DNA of 64,000 bases from an uncultured Candidatus Saccharibacteria bacterium (GTDB lineage: Bacteria; Patescibacteriota; Minisyncoccia; Phycocordibacterales; UBA9973), in NCBI GenBank assembly GCA_964500465.1, contig CAZCNB010000004.1, forward strand, positions 1,160 through 65,159, given 5' to 3'. The translations under genes were made by a program, and so were the position numbers. Shown piece after piece: positions 1 through 11,500 of this stretch. Positions within the stretch are counted from its first letter, which is position 1; the number at the start of each line of letters is the position of its first letter. The notes under the pieces were generated by a model, which saw only the letters and a program-made list of their open reading frames with translations, had not been told where the DNA came from and searched no databases.

Positions 1-2
1 TT

Positions 3-1388
3 ATTGGTAAAGCCCTTGAAGCTTGGACACCAAATAGTAGTGCACAAACTGTTATGGTTTATGTGGAACAAGGATTTTATGACGGACAAGGTATTGCTGA
101 ATTTGCTGGAATATCAACAGAGAGTGGAGTATTTGCTAGACAAGTATTACATAAATTCTTAACCGATGTACAAAATACTGATTCATCCTCTGATCTTTTG
201 GTAGACAGAATTGCGGTTGGAGTAGAACTTATAACACCTAAGGTTGTTGCTGATAAAGTCGAGCTCAATACTATAACTTCTGAAGGAGATAATGATATTA
301 GTTTGATTATTGGATCAAATGGTAAATTCACAATTGGAACAAATCAAACTTCACAAAGTCCGACTATAACTTTCGATTCACTCGGAAATGCTACGTTTGC
401 AGGTACTGTAACTGCAAAGGAAATCAATATAGATAACTTAGCTGGTATACAAGAAATTACTGAGCAAATAAACAATCTTGCTGAAGGGCAACAAGCATTT
501 ACTTTGACTGCGCAAGCCATGAATACTCTCACTCAAGCCCTTACTCTTGCACAATCTGACATCTTAAAATTACAGGGCGATTTAACAATAGCAAGTAATA
601 CAATAAACGGACTAAATGTTAGTATCTCTAACCTAGATAATAGATTAAAAGTTATTGAAAATTTCCTAACAAGAGACGCTGATGGTAATGTAAATGGAGT
701 TTCAATCAATATGCTTACTGTCACAGGTGATAGCGCATTCTCTGGTAAGGCACAATTTGATGGTTTATCATTCTTCTCAAATACAACTTCATTTAATGGA
801 GCTGTTACATTTGCTGATCAAACAGAATTTGCTCTACCACCTCTATACAACAAAGATAGCGCTGGGTATGCTCTGGTTAAACAAGGTGATAGGAGAGTAA
901 AGGTTGTGTTTACTAAGGAATATATAGCTACACCTGTTGTAAATACATCTGTTACTTTTGAAGCAGAAGACAATATTGATGATGCTTCAGCAAACACTTT
1001 ATTTAGTGAAGATGTAAGATTTATAATCGTAGGTAAAGATAACACTGGTTTTACTATATTGTTAAATAAACCAGCACCACGTGATATAAGGTTCTCTTGG
1101 AATGCTCTTTCTGTGAAAGACCCAACTGTATTTGAGAGTGTATTTGAAGGTTTAACAATTGAACCAACTCCAACACCACCTCCTACACCAAATGATAATT
1201 CTACTACGCCTATATCTTGTACATTGCCCCAAGTGTTAGATACCAACACTAATACATGTGTTGATCCTACAACTTCATCTGGGGACGGTTCTGGTAATAC
1301 AGATGGTGGATCACCAGATCAAAATACAAACCCAGATCCAACACCACAACCAGATCCAACACCACAACCAGATCCAACACAAGCCTAA
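3..1388 (+). CDS. C-terminal part of a large surface / tail-fibre-like protein (5'-truncated by window edge)
   Basis: Frame is open from nt 3 (IGKALEAWTPNSSAQTV-MVYVE...), upstream of the ORF-track ATG at 54. Contains a heptad-like coiled-coil stretch, a beta-rich domain (SAGYALVK...PVVNTS...FTILLNKPAPRDIRFSWNAL) and a Pro/Thr/Asp-rich tail. Confidence 0.7.
   Translation: MGKALEAWTPNSSAQTVMVYVEQGFYDGQGIAEFAGISTESGVFARQVLHKFLTDVQNTDSSSDLLVDRIAVGVELITPKVVADKVELNTITSEGDNDISLIIGSNGKFTIGTNQTSQSPTITFDSLGNATFAGTVTAKEINIDNLAGIQEITEQINNLAEGQQAFTLTAQAMNTLTQALTLAQSDILKLQGDLTIASNTINGLNVSISNLDNRLKVIENFLTRDADGNVNGVSINMLTVTGDSAFSGKAQFDGLSFFSNTTSFNGAVTFADQTEFALPPLYNKDSAGYALVKQGDRRVKVVFTKEYIATPVVNTSVTFEAEDNIDDASANTLFSEDVRFIIVGKDNTGFTILLNKPAPRDIRFSWNALSVKDPTVFESVFEGLTIEPTPTPPPTPNDNSTTPISCTLPQVLDTNTNTCVDPTTSSGDGSGNTDGGSPDQNTNPDPTPQPDPTPQPDPTQA
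1332..1379 (+). repeat. 18-bp coding tandem repeat CCAGATCCAACACCACAA x2.7 (PDPTPQ)
   Basis: Read directly: 1332-1349, 1350-1367 and a partial copy at 1368-1379. Confidence 0.9.
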
Positions 1389-1403
1389 TAATTATTTTTC
1401 GTT

Positions 1404-2354
1404 ATGAGTAGTATAGAAAAAAATTTAAATAAAAAAATCAGAAACCAGAAATCAATCATTTGGATACTTTCTATATTTTTAATTTTTGCTGGTTTTTTTT
1501 CTGTTAAATATTTTTTTAATGATCCATATAATGATTCAGAGTTTCCTATGCTTGATCCACTTCGTAAGTTTATTCCAGCGGAAAATTATATTACAAATAT
1601 AGAACCACTTCGACAATATCTTAGAGAATTGGGAGATAAATATCCAGATTCAATTACAATCTATTACGAAAATATAAATTCAGGCTCTAATATATCTATC
1701 AACAAAGATCTCAGATTATTCCCTGCGTCACTTTCAAAGTTGGTTCAAGCGATACTTATTGTAAAAAAGGTTGAGAACGGAATCTTATCGTTTGATCAAG
1801 AGTTAAAAGCAAAACCAGAAGACCTATCTTCAGGTTCAGGAACACTTTATGAGACTATAGGTAACGAATCAATAACAATTGATAATTTGTTGAAAGAGTT
1901 AATTATAAATTCTGATAATACTGCTCAAAACATTTTTAAGCACTACTTAGATTTTTCTGATTATGAAAAATTTCAGAATGCTACTGGTCTTCAAGATTTG
2001 TACAATAGTAATGGTTTTATATCTTCTAAAGAATATACTAGAATACTTCGTGTTCTATATACTTCAAACTTTTTGAAACCAGAGAATTCACAGAAGATTT
2101 TAGAGTATATGTCCAATTCTATTTTCAAAGATTATCTTTCTCAAGGTATACCAAAAGATATTAAATTTGCACACAAATACGGAGAAAATAAGGACTATGA
2201 TATTTTTGCTGACTCAGGCATTGTTTACATTCCTGGGAAACCATATATGATATCAGTCATTATTAAAGGCAAAGATTCTAGCCCAGAGACGAGAAAATGG
2301 GTGGTTGATTTAATGAAAAAGATATCAGAAATGGCTTATAACACAAGTAAATAA
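1404..2354 (+). CDS. Membrane-anchored serine hydrolase, class A beta-lactamase/PBP-like fold
   Basis: N-terminal TM segment; SxxK (PASLSK), SDN and HKYG at the KTG position; typical 'DSGIVYIPGKPYMISV' end. Confidence 0.85.
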   Translation: MSSIEKNLNKKIRNQKSIIWILSIFLIFAGFFSVKYFFNDPYNDSEFPMLDPLRKFIPAENYITNIEPLRQYLRELGDKYPDSITIYYENINSGSNISINKDLRLFPASLSKLVQAILIVKKVENGILSFDQELKAKPEDLSSGSGTLYETIGNESITIDNLLKELIINSDNTAQNIFKHYLDFSDYEKFQNATGLQDLYNSNGFISSKEYTRILRVLYTSNFLKPENSQKILEYMSNSIFKDYLSQGIPKDIKFAHKYGENKDYDIFADSGIVYIPGKPYMISVIIKGKDSSPETRKWVVDLMKKISEMAYNTSK

Positions 2355-2409
2355 CACCAAATTACTGTTCAAAACTTAAAATATTTCAACTTAACTTAAC
2401 CATAGGTAT

Positions 2410-2418
2410 TTATTCACA
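2410..2418 (+). promoter_or_regulatory. DnaA-box-like TTATTCACA upstream of the -10 TATAAT (2452-2457) of the giant adhesin gene
   Basis: Matches TTWTNCACA; intergenic. Confidence 0.4.
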
Positions 2419-2528
2419 GGCTATACTATATATATTATTCTAAATATAGGTTATAATTACGAAGTATCTCTATCAATAACTTAAATACTCTAACTGGTCA
2501 TCTATCAAACCAGTAAAAGTAAAAGTCT

Positions 2529-5500
2529 GTGAAAAAAAATTTTACAAATTCAATAAGAATTTTTGCAATATTTTTCGTTGCGGTATTTTTATTTTCTTTT
2601 AATACAAAATTTACAGAAGCAGCAACAAGAACTTGGACTGGAACTACAAGTGGTTCATGGTCTGTAGCTTCCAACTGGGGAGGGACTGCTCCTGTTACTG
2701 GAGATGATCTAGTTTTTCCAAGTGGGGCATCAAACCTTTCAAATACTAATGACTTTATCGAAAATACAATTTTCAATTCTATAACTTTTTCTGGTAGCGG
2801 ATATACTATATCTGGGAATCCAATTATTTTAGGAGCTGGTCTTGCTGGAATAACGGACAGCGTGTCTTCAGGTGGTAATACTATTGCACTTGATATACGT
2901 CTTGATGTTACTCGAGATATAGTTGTTACTAATACAACTGAGACATTAACAATAAGTGGAAGAATTTCTGGTGTTGGGGGAATCAACAAAGAGGGAACTG
3001 GAAAACTTATTTTGTCTGGTGCCAATACTTTTGGTGGAATTTTAAAAATAAATGTTGGGGTAGTGAACGCACAAAATAATACTGCACTCGGAACAATTGC
3101 TGGTGGTACTGAAGTGGTTGGCAATGCTGCACTTGAGCTTCAAGGAAATATAAATATTAGTTATGAAGCTCTAGCGCTTAGAGGTTATGGTCCTTCAAGT
3201 GGTGGTGCTCTAAGAAATATTAGCGGTAATAATAATTTTTCTGGTTTGATTACAATGGTTGCTGGTGGTGCCGAGATATCATCTGATTCAGGAACACTAA
3301 CACTACTAGGCGGTAGCTCTGGAGGTTTCCCTTTAACTATAGATGGCTCAGGAAATATTACTTTCGACAAGACTCCAATCATTGCCGGTGCAACAGTCAC
3401 AAAAAATGGTGCTGGTACACTTAAATACAACTTTCCGAATACTTATACTGGATTAACAACAATTAATGCCGGGACACTTTTGTATGGGGTAGACAATGCA
3501 ATTCTTACAGGAGGTATAACAGTTACAGGAGGAACACTTGATATTGCAACTTATTCTGATATGGTTGGAACAGTTACACTTGGCACACTTGATCTTGCAA
3601 GTGGAACAATTACTGGAACTACTGGAATGTTGAGTAGCGCAACTTGGACACTATATAACGGTACTATTAGTGCAATTATTGCAGGAGACGGTGGAACTAT
3701 AACAAAAAGTACACCCGGGACTGTTGTTCTTACAAGACCAAATCAATTTACTGGTGCTGTTACTATTAGTACTGGTATTTTAGAAGTTCAGGATAGTAAT
3801 GCCTTAGGTCTTATTGATGGTATTACTACAGTTACAGCTGGTGCAACTTTACAAATCAATGGTAGTGGTCTCTCTATTCCTGAATACATAACTTTTTCTG
3901 GAACAGGTCATTTATATACAGGTGCAATTAGAAATAAAACAGGGAATAATACACTAACTGGATTACTAACTCTAGGTACGGCTGGGTTAATTGAATCAGA
4001 TTCTGGAACTACTCTAACTATTGATGGTAAGGGTCTTTCAGCTGCAAATATTGGTTTAGTTATAGGTGGTGCTGGGAATGTGACATTTACTTCAAATGCT
4101 CCTATTTATGGTTCTGGTGCTACTTTAACAAAAAATGATACTGGCACTCTAACTCTACAAGGGTTTAATAATTTTACTGGTTCTACTAACTTAAGTAGAG
4201 GGGAAATTGTCTTGAGTGGTTCAGGTGCTATACCAAACTCTGCTATCACTATTGGTAGCGGTGGTACTCTTACTATAGATAATTCTACAACATCTGCGCT
4301 AAATAGATTAAGTGAAACAGCAGCCCTCACAATGAATGGAGGAACATTCAAATTTATAGGTAGTAGCAGTGGAGATGTAGCTGAATCAACTGGCGCTCTG
4401 ACTCTGGCTTCTGGACATAATATTATTGATATTTCTCCTGGTAGTGGGGGGTCGACTACGATGACATTTTCTAGCTTATCGCGTACAGCAGGAGCAACCG
4501 CACTTTTTAGAGGAACAAATTTTGGGTCTAAGCCGGGGAGTAACGTTTCAACTTTAATGTTCACCTCAGCTCCTACTCTTATTGGTGGAGGAGGTGCAGC
4601 CAATTCTCCCACTATTAGTATTATTAAAGGTGTATTTGGTGACACCTCTCTCTCTGGAACTGGATCTGATATGGTTACTTACAATATTGGAAATACATAT
4701 GGTATCAGATTACTTAATAGCGTAGGCTTTACTGGAGAGTATTCAGGCGATCTTAATACTCCTAATGCTAATGTCAAACTCACTCTTGATCGAGCAGCAA
4801 CAACTACAAATACTAACTCAATAATTTTAGACGGTTTCAACATTACAAATCCAGGAGGTGCAACAACTCTACCTATTGCCTCAGCATCTCTTGCGGGTAA
4901 TATACTTATTGATTCTGCCACAAATATAGATGGTGCAAATACTACTTTAGGAATTACAACATTTGAGCTAAATATTTTAGCTTCATCAAACTCTACAATT
5001 TCTGCAGTTATCGGTACAGCTGTTGCCGGGTCACTTACTTTAAGTGGTACAGGAAATGTCACACTTAGTGGTGCAAGTGCTTATACTGGGACAACTTCGA
5101 TAAATAATGCGACTCTTACTGCAGGTGCGAACAACATTCTTTCAACTGGTGGGTTGACTGTTATTGGTGGAACTTATAATATTGGTAACTTTAGTGAAAG
5201 TTTAGGTGCTGTAATTTTACAAAATGGAACAATTACAGGAGGATCAGGTGTACTTACAAGTACCGCTTCTTATAGTTTTCGTGAAGGTACAGTAAGTGCC
5301 ATCATTGCAGGTGCTGTTGCTGTGACCCGTATTGCTACTAACACTGCTGCAGATAGCGTTGTTACTATGACACGTAACAATACTTATACTGGAGCTACTA
5401 CAATAACTAGTGGTATTTTACGTCTTGGAGGTGCGGGAGATGCAACCAATACACCACTTGGTACAACTGCAGGTAGTACTACTGTTGCCAACATTGCTGC

Positions 5501-8500
5501 TCTAGACTTAAATGGATTTACACTTGGTACTGCTGAAGCTATTTCAATAGCTGGACTTGGCTATGGACTTGGTTCAACTGTCGCAAATGGAAACAGTAAC
5601 CTGGGAGCCATAATGAATAGTTCTGCATCTGCTGTTTCTTACAGTGGTGCTATTACACTCACGGCTGCGGCACGCATAAATGCTGACTCTGGAAATTTAA
5701 CAATAAGTAGTGCCTTTTCAGGTGCGTTCGGTCTCACTATAGGAGGATTTAGCAATAGTACATTATCTGGTGTTATTGGTATAGGTACTGGAACTATAAC
5801 AAAAGATGGTATTGGAGTTCTTACTCTTTCAAATAGTAATACATACACAGGATCTACTACTATAAGTGCTGGTACTCTTAAACTTGGTGCAGCGGGCGGT
5901 GCAACTAATACCCCACTTGGTACAACTGCAGGCATTACTACAGTTTCAACTGGAGCTCGATTCGATTTAAATGGATTTACTCTTGGTGCCGCTGAACCTT
6001 TGACATTAAACGGTGTAGGATATGGTCTTGGAGATTTTGCAAGCGGTGCCCTTATAAATAGTTCTGGATCTACCGTCTCATACAGTGGTCTTATTACTCT
6101 TGGTTCGAGTGGCGTGCTCATTAAAGCTGACTCTGGAACAATAAATTTAACAAACACAGGAACTATATCAGGGGCAACATTTGCACTTACTTTAGGAGGT
6201 ACTGGCATCGGAACACTCTCTAGTATTATAGGAACAACAACTGGTACTGTTACAAAAATTGATACGGGTACTTGGACTCTATCTGCTGCAGCAAGTACAT
6301 ATACTGGTGCCACAACAATAAATAGAGGGACACTAAAACTTGGCGTTGCAGGGGGTGCTACAAACACACCTCTTGGTACAACTGGAGGAGGTACTTCTAT
6401 TTTATCTGGTGGTGTACTAGATTTGGCTGGATTTACCCTAGGTACTGCTGAAGCATTAACTATAAACGGAAGGGGAATTAATGATGGTGGAGCGTTGATT
6501 AACTCCGGAGGTGCTGCTACTTTTGCTGGAGCTATTACTCAAGCAACTGATTCTCGTATCACAAATTCTGGATCTGGACTCCTTACTCTAAGTGGAGCTA
6601 TTAGTGGTGTGTTTGCACTATATATAGGTGGTACTAATAACATTACAACTGCTGTCTTAGGTATGGGTACGGGAACACTTACAAAACAAGGATCAGGCAC
6701 AGTAACTGCAACTGGAACACACACTTATACTGGTGAAACAAGAATAGATGAGGGAACATTTGCATATGGAGCAACAACTACACTTGCTGCAACCAATCTT
6801 TTAATGAAAGGAGGAACATTTAATAGTGGCGCTAATGCCGATACTATTGGTACTGTTACCCTTGTTGGTGGAACGATTACAAACTCCGCTGCTCTTACTG
6901 GTACTGCATATACTTTTGAGAGTGGAACTATTAGTGGAATTCTTGCTGGTGCAGTTGCAGTGACAAAAAATACAAATAACACTGTAAACCTTACGGGAGT
7001 AAATACTATAAGTAGCACTATCACTATAAACGCTGGAACTCTTAGTTTAAGTGGGGCGGGTACTGCTACAGCGGTTACTGGCGTAACGGTAAACCTAGGA
7101 GGAACATTAACTCTTGATAACTCAACAACAAATAGTGGTGATCGATTAAGTGGTACAACAAACAACATTGTAATTACCATGAACGGTGGTAACCTCAACT
7201 TTATTGGTAATAGTGCAGCTGCAGCTTCTGAAACTTTAGGTAAACTTGCTCTTGCTTCAGGTCATAATGTTGTAACTGTAACTCCTGGTGCAGGAGGTTC
7301 TACAACTCTTACTTTTGGTAACAACCCTGGCTTTAACAGAACAGCCGGTGCAACAGTGCTTTTCCGTGGTACTAGTTTTGGAGCTACTCCTGCTGCAAAC
7401 GTCTCAACACTAATCTTTAGTACTGCACCAACACTTACTGGTGCAGCAGGTGCAGCTAATTCAACGACTATAAGTGTTATCAAAGGTGCTTTTGGAGATA
7501 GCTCGCTATCTGGTACAGGGTCTGATATGGTTACTTACAACGTAGGAAATACAAATGGTCTTAGACTTTTGAACGGTGCCGGTTTTGCTGGAGAGTATGC
7601 GACTGCGTTAACCACAAATACTAATGTAAAACTATCTGCAAATACTGTAGCAAGTACTGCAAGTATAAATTCACTTATTTTAAACGGCTTCGGTATAACA
7701 AATCCAGGAAGTGCTGCAACTCTTACTATAGGGTCTGCGTCACTTGCCGCAAATATATTAATGAATTCTTCAACTGATATTGCTGGAGCAAACACAACAG
7801 TTGCTTTTTCTACAGTTGAGCTTTCTGTTCTTGCAAATAACACATCGACAATATCTGCAGTACTTAATACTGCAGCATCTGGCCCTATGACTTTGAGTGG
7901 TTCAGGTAATGTTACTCTAAGCGCAGCTAATGCATACACTGGAACTACAACTATAAATAACGCTACTCTTACTTATGGCGTAAGTAACGCTATTTCAACT
8001 GGAGGTTTAACTATAGTTGGAGGCTTAGTAAACTTAAATGGTAACTCTGATACTGTTGGTACTATATCTATAAATGCAGGTAGAATTACTACTGGTGCAG
8101 GAACTCTTACAGGGAATGGAACTTTTTCAACTGTTGCAAATAATAATGTCGCTTCAACAATAACTGGAAACTTAGGACTTGGTGCTAATGCAACTTTTAC
8201 TATCAATGATGGGTTAATGGATAATGACGCTTTTATATCTGCTGTAATAAGTGGTGCATTTACTTTTGCAAAAGCTGGAGCTGGTGTTCTTGAATTATCT
8301 GGTAGTAATACATATACTGGTACAACAACAATCAGTGCAGGAATACTTCGATTAGGCGCAGCGGGAGATGCAACTAATACACCTCTTGGTACTACGGCTG
8401 GAAGCACAACTGTATCTGGTGCAAGTTCTGCTCTCGATCTTAATGGATTTACTCTAGGTACTTCTGAAGCTTTGACATTAAGTGGTGCGCTTGCAACTGG

Positions 8501-11500
8501 AGCACTTCAAAATACTTCAAGTACTGCTGTTGCATACAGCGGTTTAATAACCCTTGGTGCTGCAAGTACAATAATTTCAAACTATGGAGATGTAAATATA
8601 AGTAACACTGGAACTATTACTGGAGCAACATTTGGTCTTACTATCGGTGGTGCAGGCAACGGTACACTTTCAAGTATTTTAGGTACAACTTCTGGAACTT
8701 TAACTAAAAATGGTTTAGGTGTTTGGACTTTATCTGGATCAAGTACTTATACAGGCTTGACTACTATAAGTGCTGGTACTCTTAAACTTGGTGCAGCCGG
8801 TGGTGCAACTAATACTCCTCTTGGTACTACTGGTGGCGCTACATCTATAACAAGTGGTGCGATATTGGATCTTAATGGATTTACTCTAGGTACTTCTGAA
8901 GCTGTAACAATAAACGGTACTGGTATTGCAAACTACGGTGCTTTTATTAATAGTACAAACAATACAATCTCATATACAGGAGCTATTACTATGGGAGCAG
9001 CTTCACGTATCGTTAATTACGGGACAGGTGTTATGACTATATCTGGGAACATTTCAGGTAACTTTGCTCTTACAGTTGTAGCCGTTGGTAATTTCACACA
9101 AGCTACAAATAGTATTTGGTCAGGTACTGGTTCTCTTGTTAAAGAAGGTTCTGGAACTCTTATACTATCTGGGCAAAACACTATGACAGGAGCAATGACT
9201 GTAAGTACTGGTACTCTACAGTTAGGTGCTAATGGAGGAGTTACAAATACACCATTAGGTACTATTGCAGGGGGAGTAACGGTGTCTGCTGGGGCGGTAC
9301 TTGACCTTTCTACATTTACTGCCGGTGGCGCGTCTACTTGGGAACCATTAACTCTTAACGGTAGCGGACTATTAAATGGAGGTGCACTTATTAGTAATTC
9401 TACAACAGGTAGTAGTTTTGCAACTGTTGCTCAAACTAATGCTCGTGTTGTAAATAATGGTTCAGGCGCTTTAGTTATTACTGGTGCTGTAACTGGAGGT
9501 TCTACATTTTGGGTTGGGGGATCAGGTAACACTACAATTTCAGGAGCACTAAATACTGCAGGTTTACTTCTAACTAAATATGGTGCAGGAACTCTAACAT
9601 TAAGTAGTGCTACAAATATTAACACTTCACTTGTTCGTATCAATGCTGGAACTCTTGCTTATGGTGTTGCTGATGCACTTTCTACTCCACCAGTTACTGT
9701 TGCAGGCGGAACTCTCAACTTAAATGGATTTAATGAAACAAATCTCGGAGCCCTTACTCTTATTGATGGATCTGTTGTTAATACTGGGGCTGCAGCAACC
9801 CTAACTTCTACTGCTACTTATACACTAGAAAAAGGGACAGTGAGTGCTGTGCTTGGAGGAACCGTCGTTGCAGTAATAGCAAAAAATACAGCAGGTAAAG
9901 TTATCTTATCTGGTGACAATACATTTAGTGGTACCTCAGCTACTATAGCAGTGAATGCTGGTTATCTTAACCTACAACATAGTAATGCACTTGGTGCAGC
10001 TGCGAGTGCTAATACTACAACAATATCTGGTGGGGCAACGCTTGAACTTGAAAATAGCGTAACGATACCTAGTGTAAAAGCAATTACAGCAAATGGAACT
10101 GGTATGAGTAGAAGTGGCGCGATAAGAAGTGTGAGCGGTACTAATTCAATCGGTGCAAATGTTACCCTAGGTACTACTAATGTAAGAATAAATTCTGATT
10201 CGGGGACACTAACTATACCTACTATATCTGGAAATACTTTCAATCTTATTTTTGGTGGAGCAGGCAATACAACTGTAAGTGGTGCTATTAGTACTACAAC
10301 AGGTAGTCTAACTAAAGATGGAGCTGGAAGTCTTACTTTATCAGGGGTAAATACTTACACAGGAAGCACAACTGCAATAGCGGGTACTATCGTAGCCAAT
10401 AGTACTTCTTCTATAGGTGATGGAAGTAATGCAAACAATACTTTCATATTCAGAGGCGGGACACTTCAAGCTACTGGCACTATAACTTCAGCTTCAACTC
10501 GTGCATTTAGTCTTGCTACAAATGCTATCATTGATACAAACGGAAATAGCATAAGTATTGCTGGTACCGTTGGTTCAACAGGGGGTCTTACAGTAAATGG
10601 TGCAGGTACTCTCACTCTCACTGGGACAACTACTATCGGTGGTAATCTCACTATTGCGTCTGGTACATTTGTTGCACCAACTACCATGACTGTAAACGGA
10701 GATTTTAGTAATAGTGGTACATTTACACACAATAACGGTAGTTTGACTCTAACTCCAACCAACTCAACACTTACAACAAATATTTTAGGTAGTTCCAATA
10801 CAACATTTTATAATTTAATCAATACAACTCCAGGTTCAACAGTCAAACTTAAAGCTGGTAATACATATACGTTTGCAAACGTCCTAAATCTAACCGGAGT
10901 TGATGGTAATCCTATTTCAATAAATTCTGATACCCCTGATTCACAATGGCTAATGACACTATCAGGTTCAAGTTCAATTTCTTACTTGAAAGTTAAAGAT
11001 TCTGGATGTAGCGGAGGTAATAGTGTTGGAGCAAGTAGTAATATATACAATTACGGCAATAACGGTCCTTGCTGGTCTTTTGTTACTCCTACTCACGGAG
11101 GAGGAGGTGGTGGTTATATAGAAGGATCAGGTGCACTTGGTACTGTAGTTCTTACTGGAAATGTAGTTACTGGAGTTATTATTACCAATGGCGGAGGTGG
11201 ATATTCTACTCCACCAACGGTTAAATTCTGTGGCGGCGGTGGATCCGGAGCTCTAGGGACAGCAGTTTTAAGTAGTGGATCTGTTTCAAGTGTTACTATC
11301 GATAACGGTGGCTCCGGCTACAGTTCTTCAGTTACAGTTGTATTTGGCAGCAATTGTCCTACAACTGGCGGGGGCGGCGGAGGAACTGGAGGTAGTAGTA
11401 GTGCACGCGCAACTGCAGTAGTGTCTTCAAATGTTGTTCAGAGTGTAACTATAGATTTTGGTGGTAGTGGTTACACATCTACTCCAACAGTTAAATTCTG

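Noticed and set aside
2498-10798. Many 60-240 aa minus-strand ORFs inside the giant adhesin
   Set aside because: Antisense shadows of Gly/Thr/Ala codon periodicity; Val/Pro-rich with no motifs.
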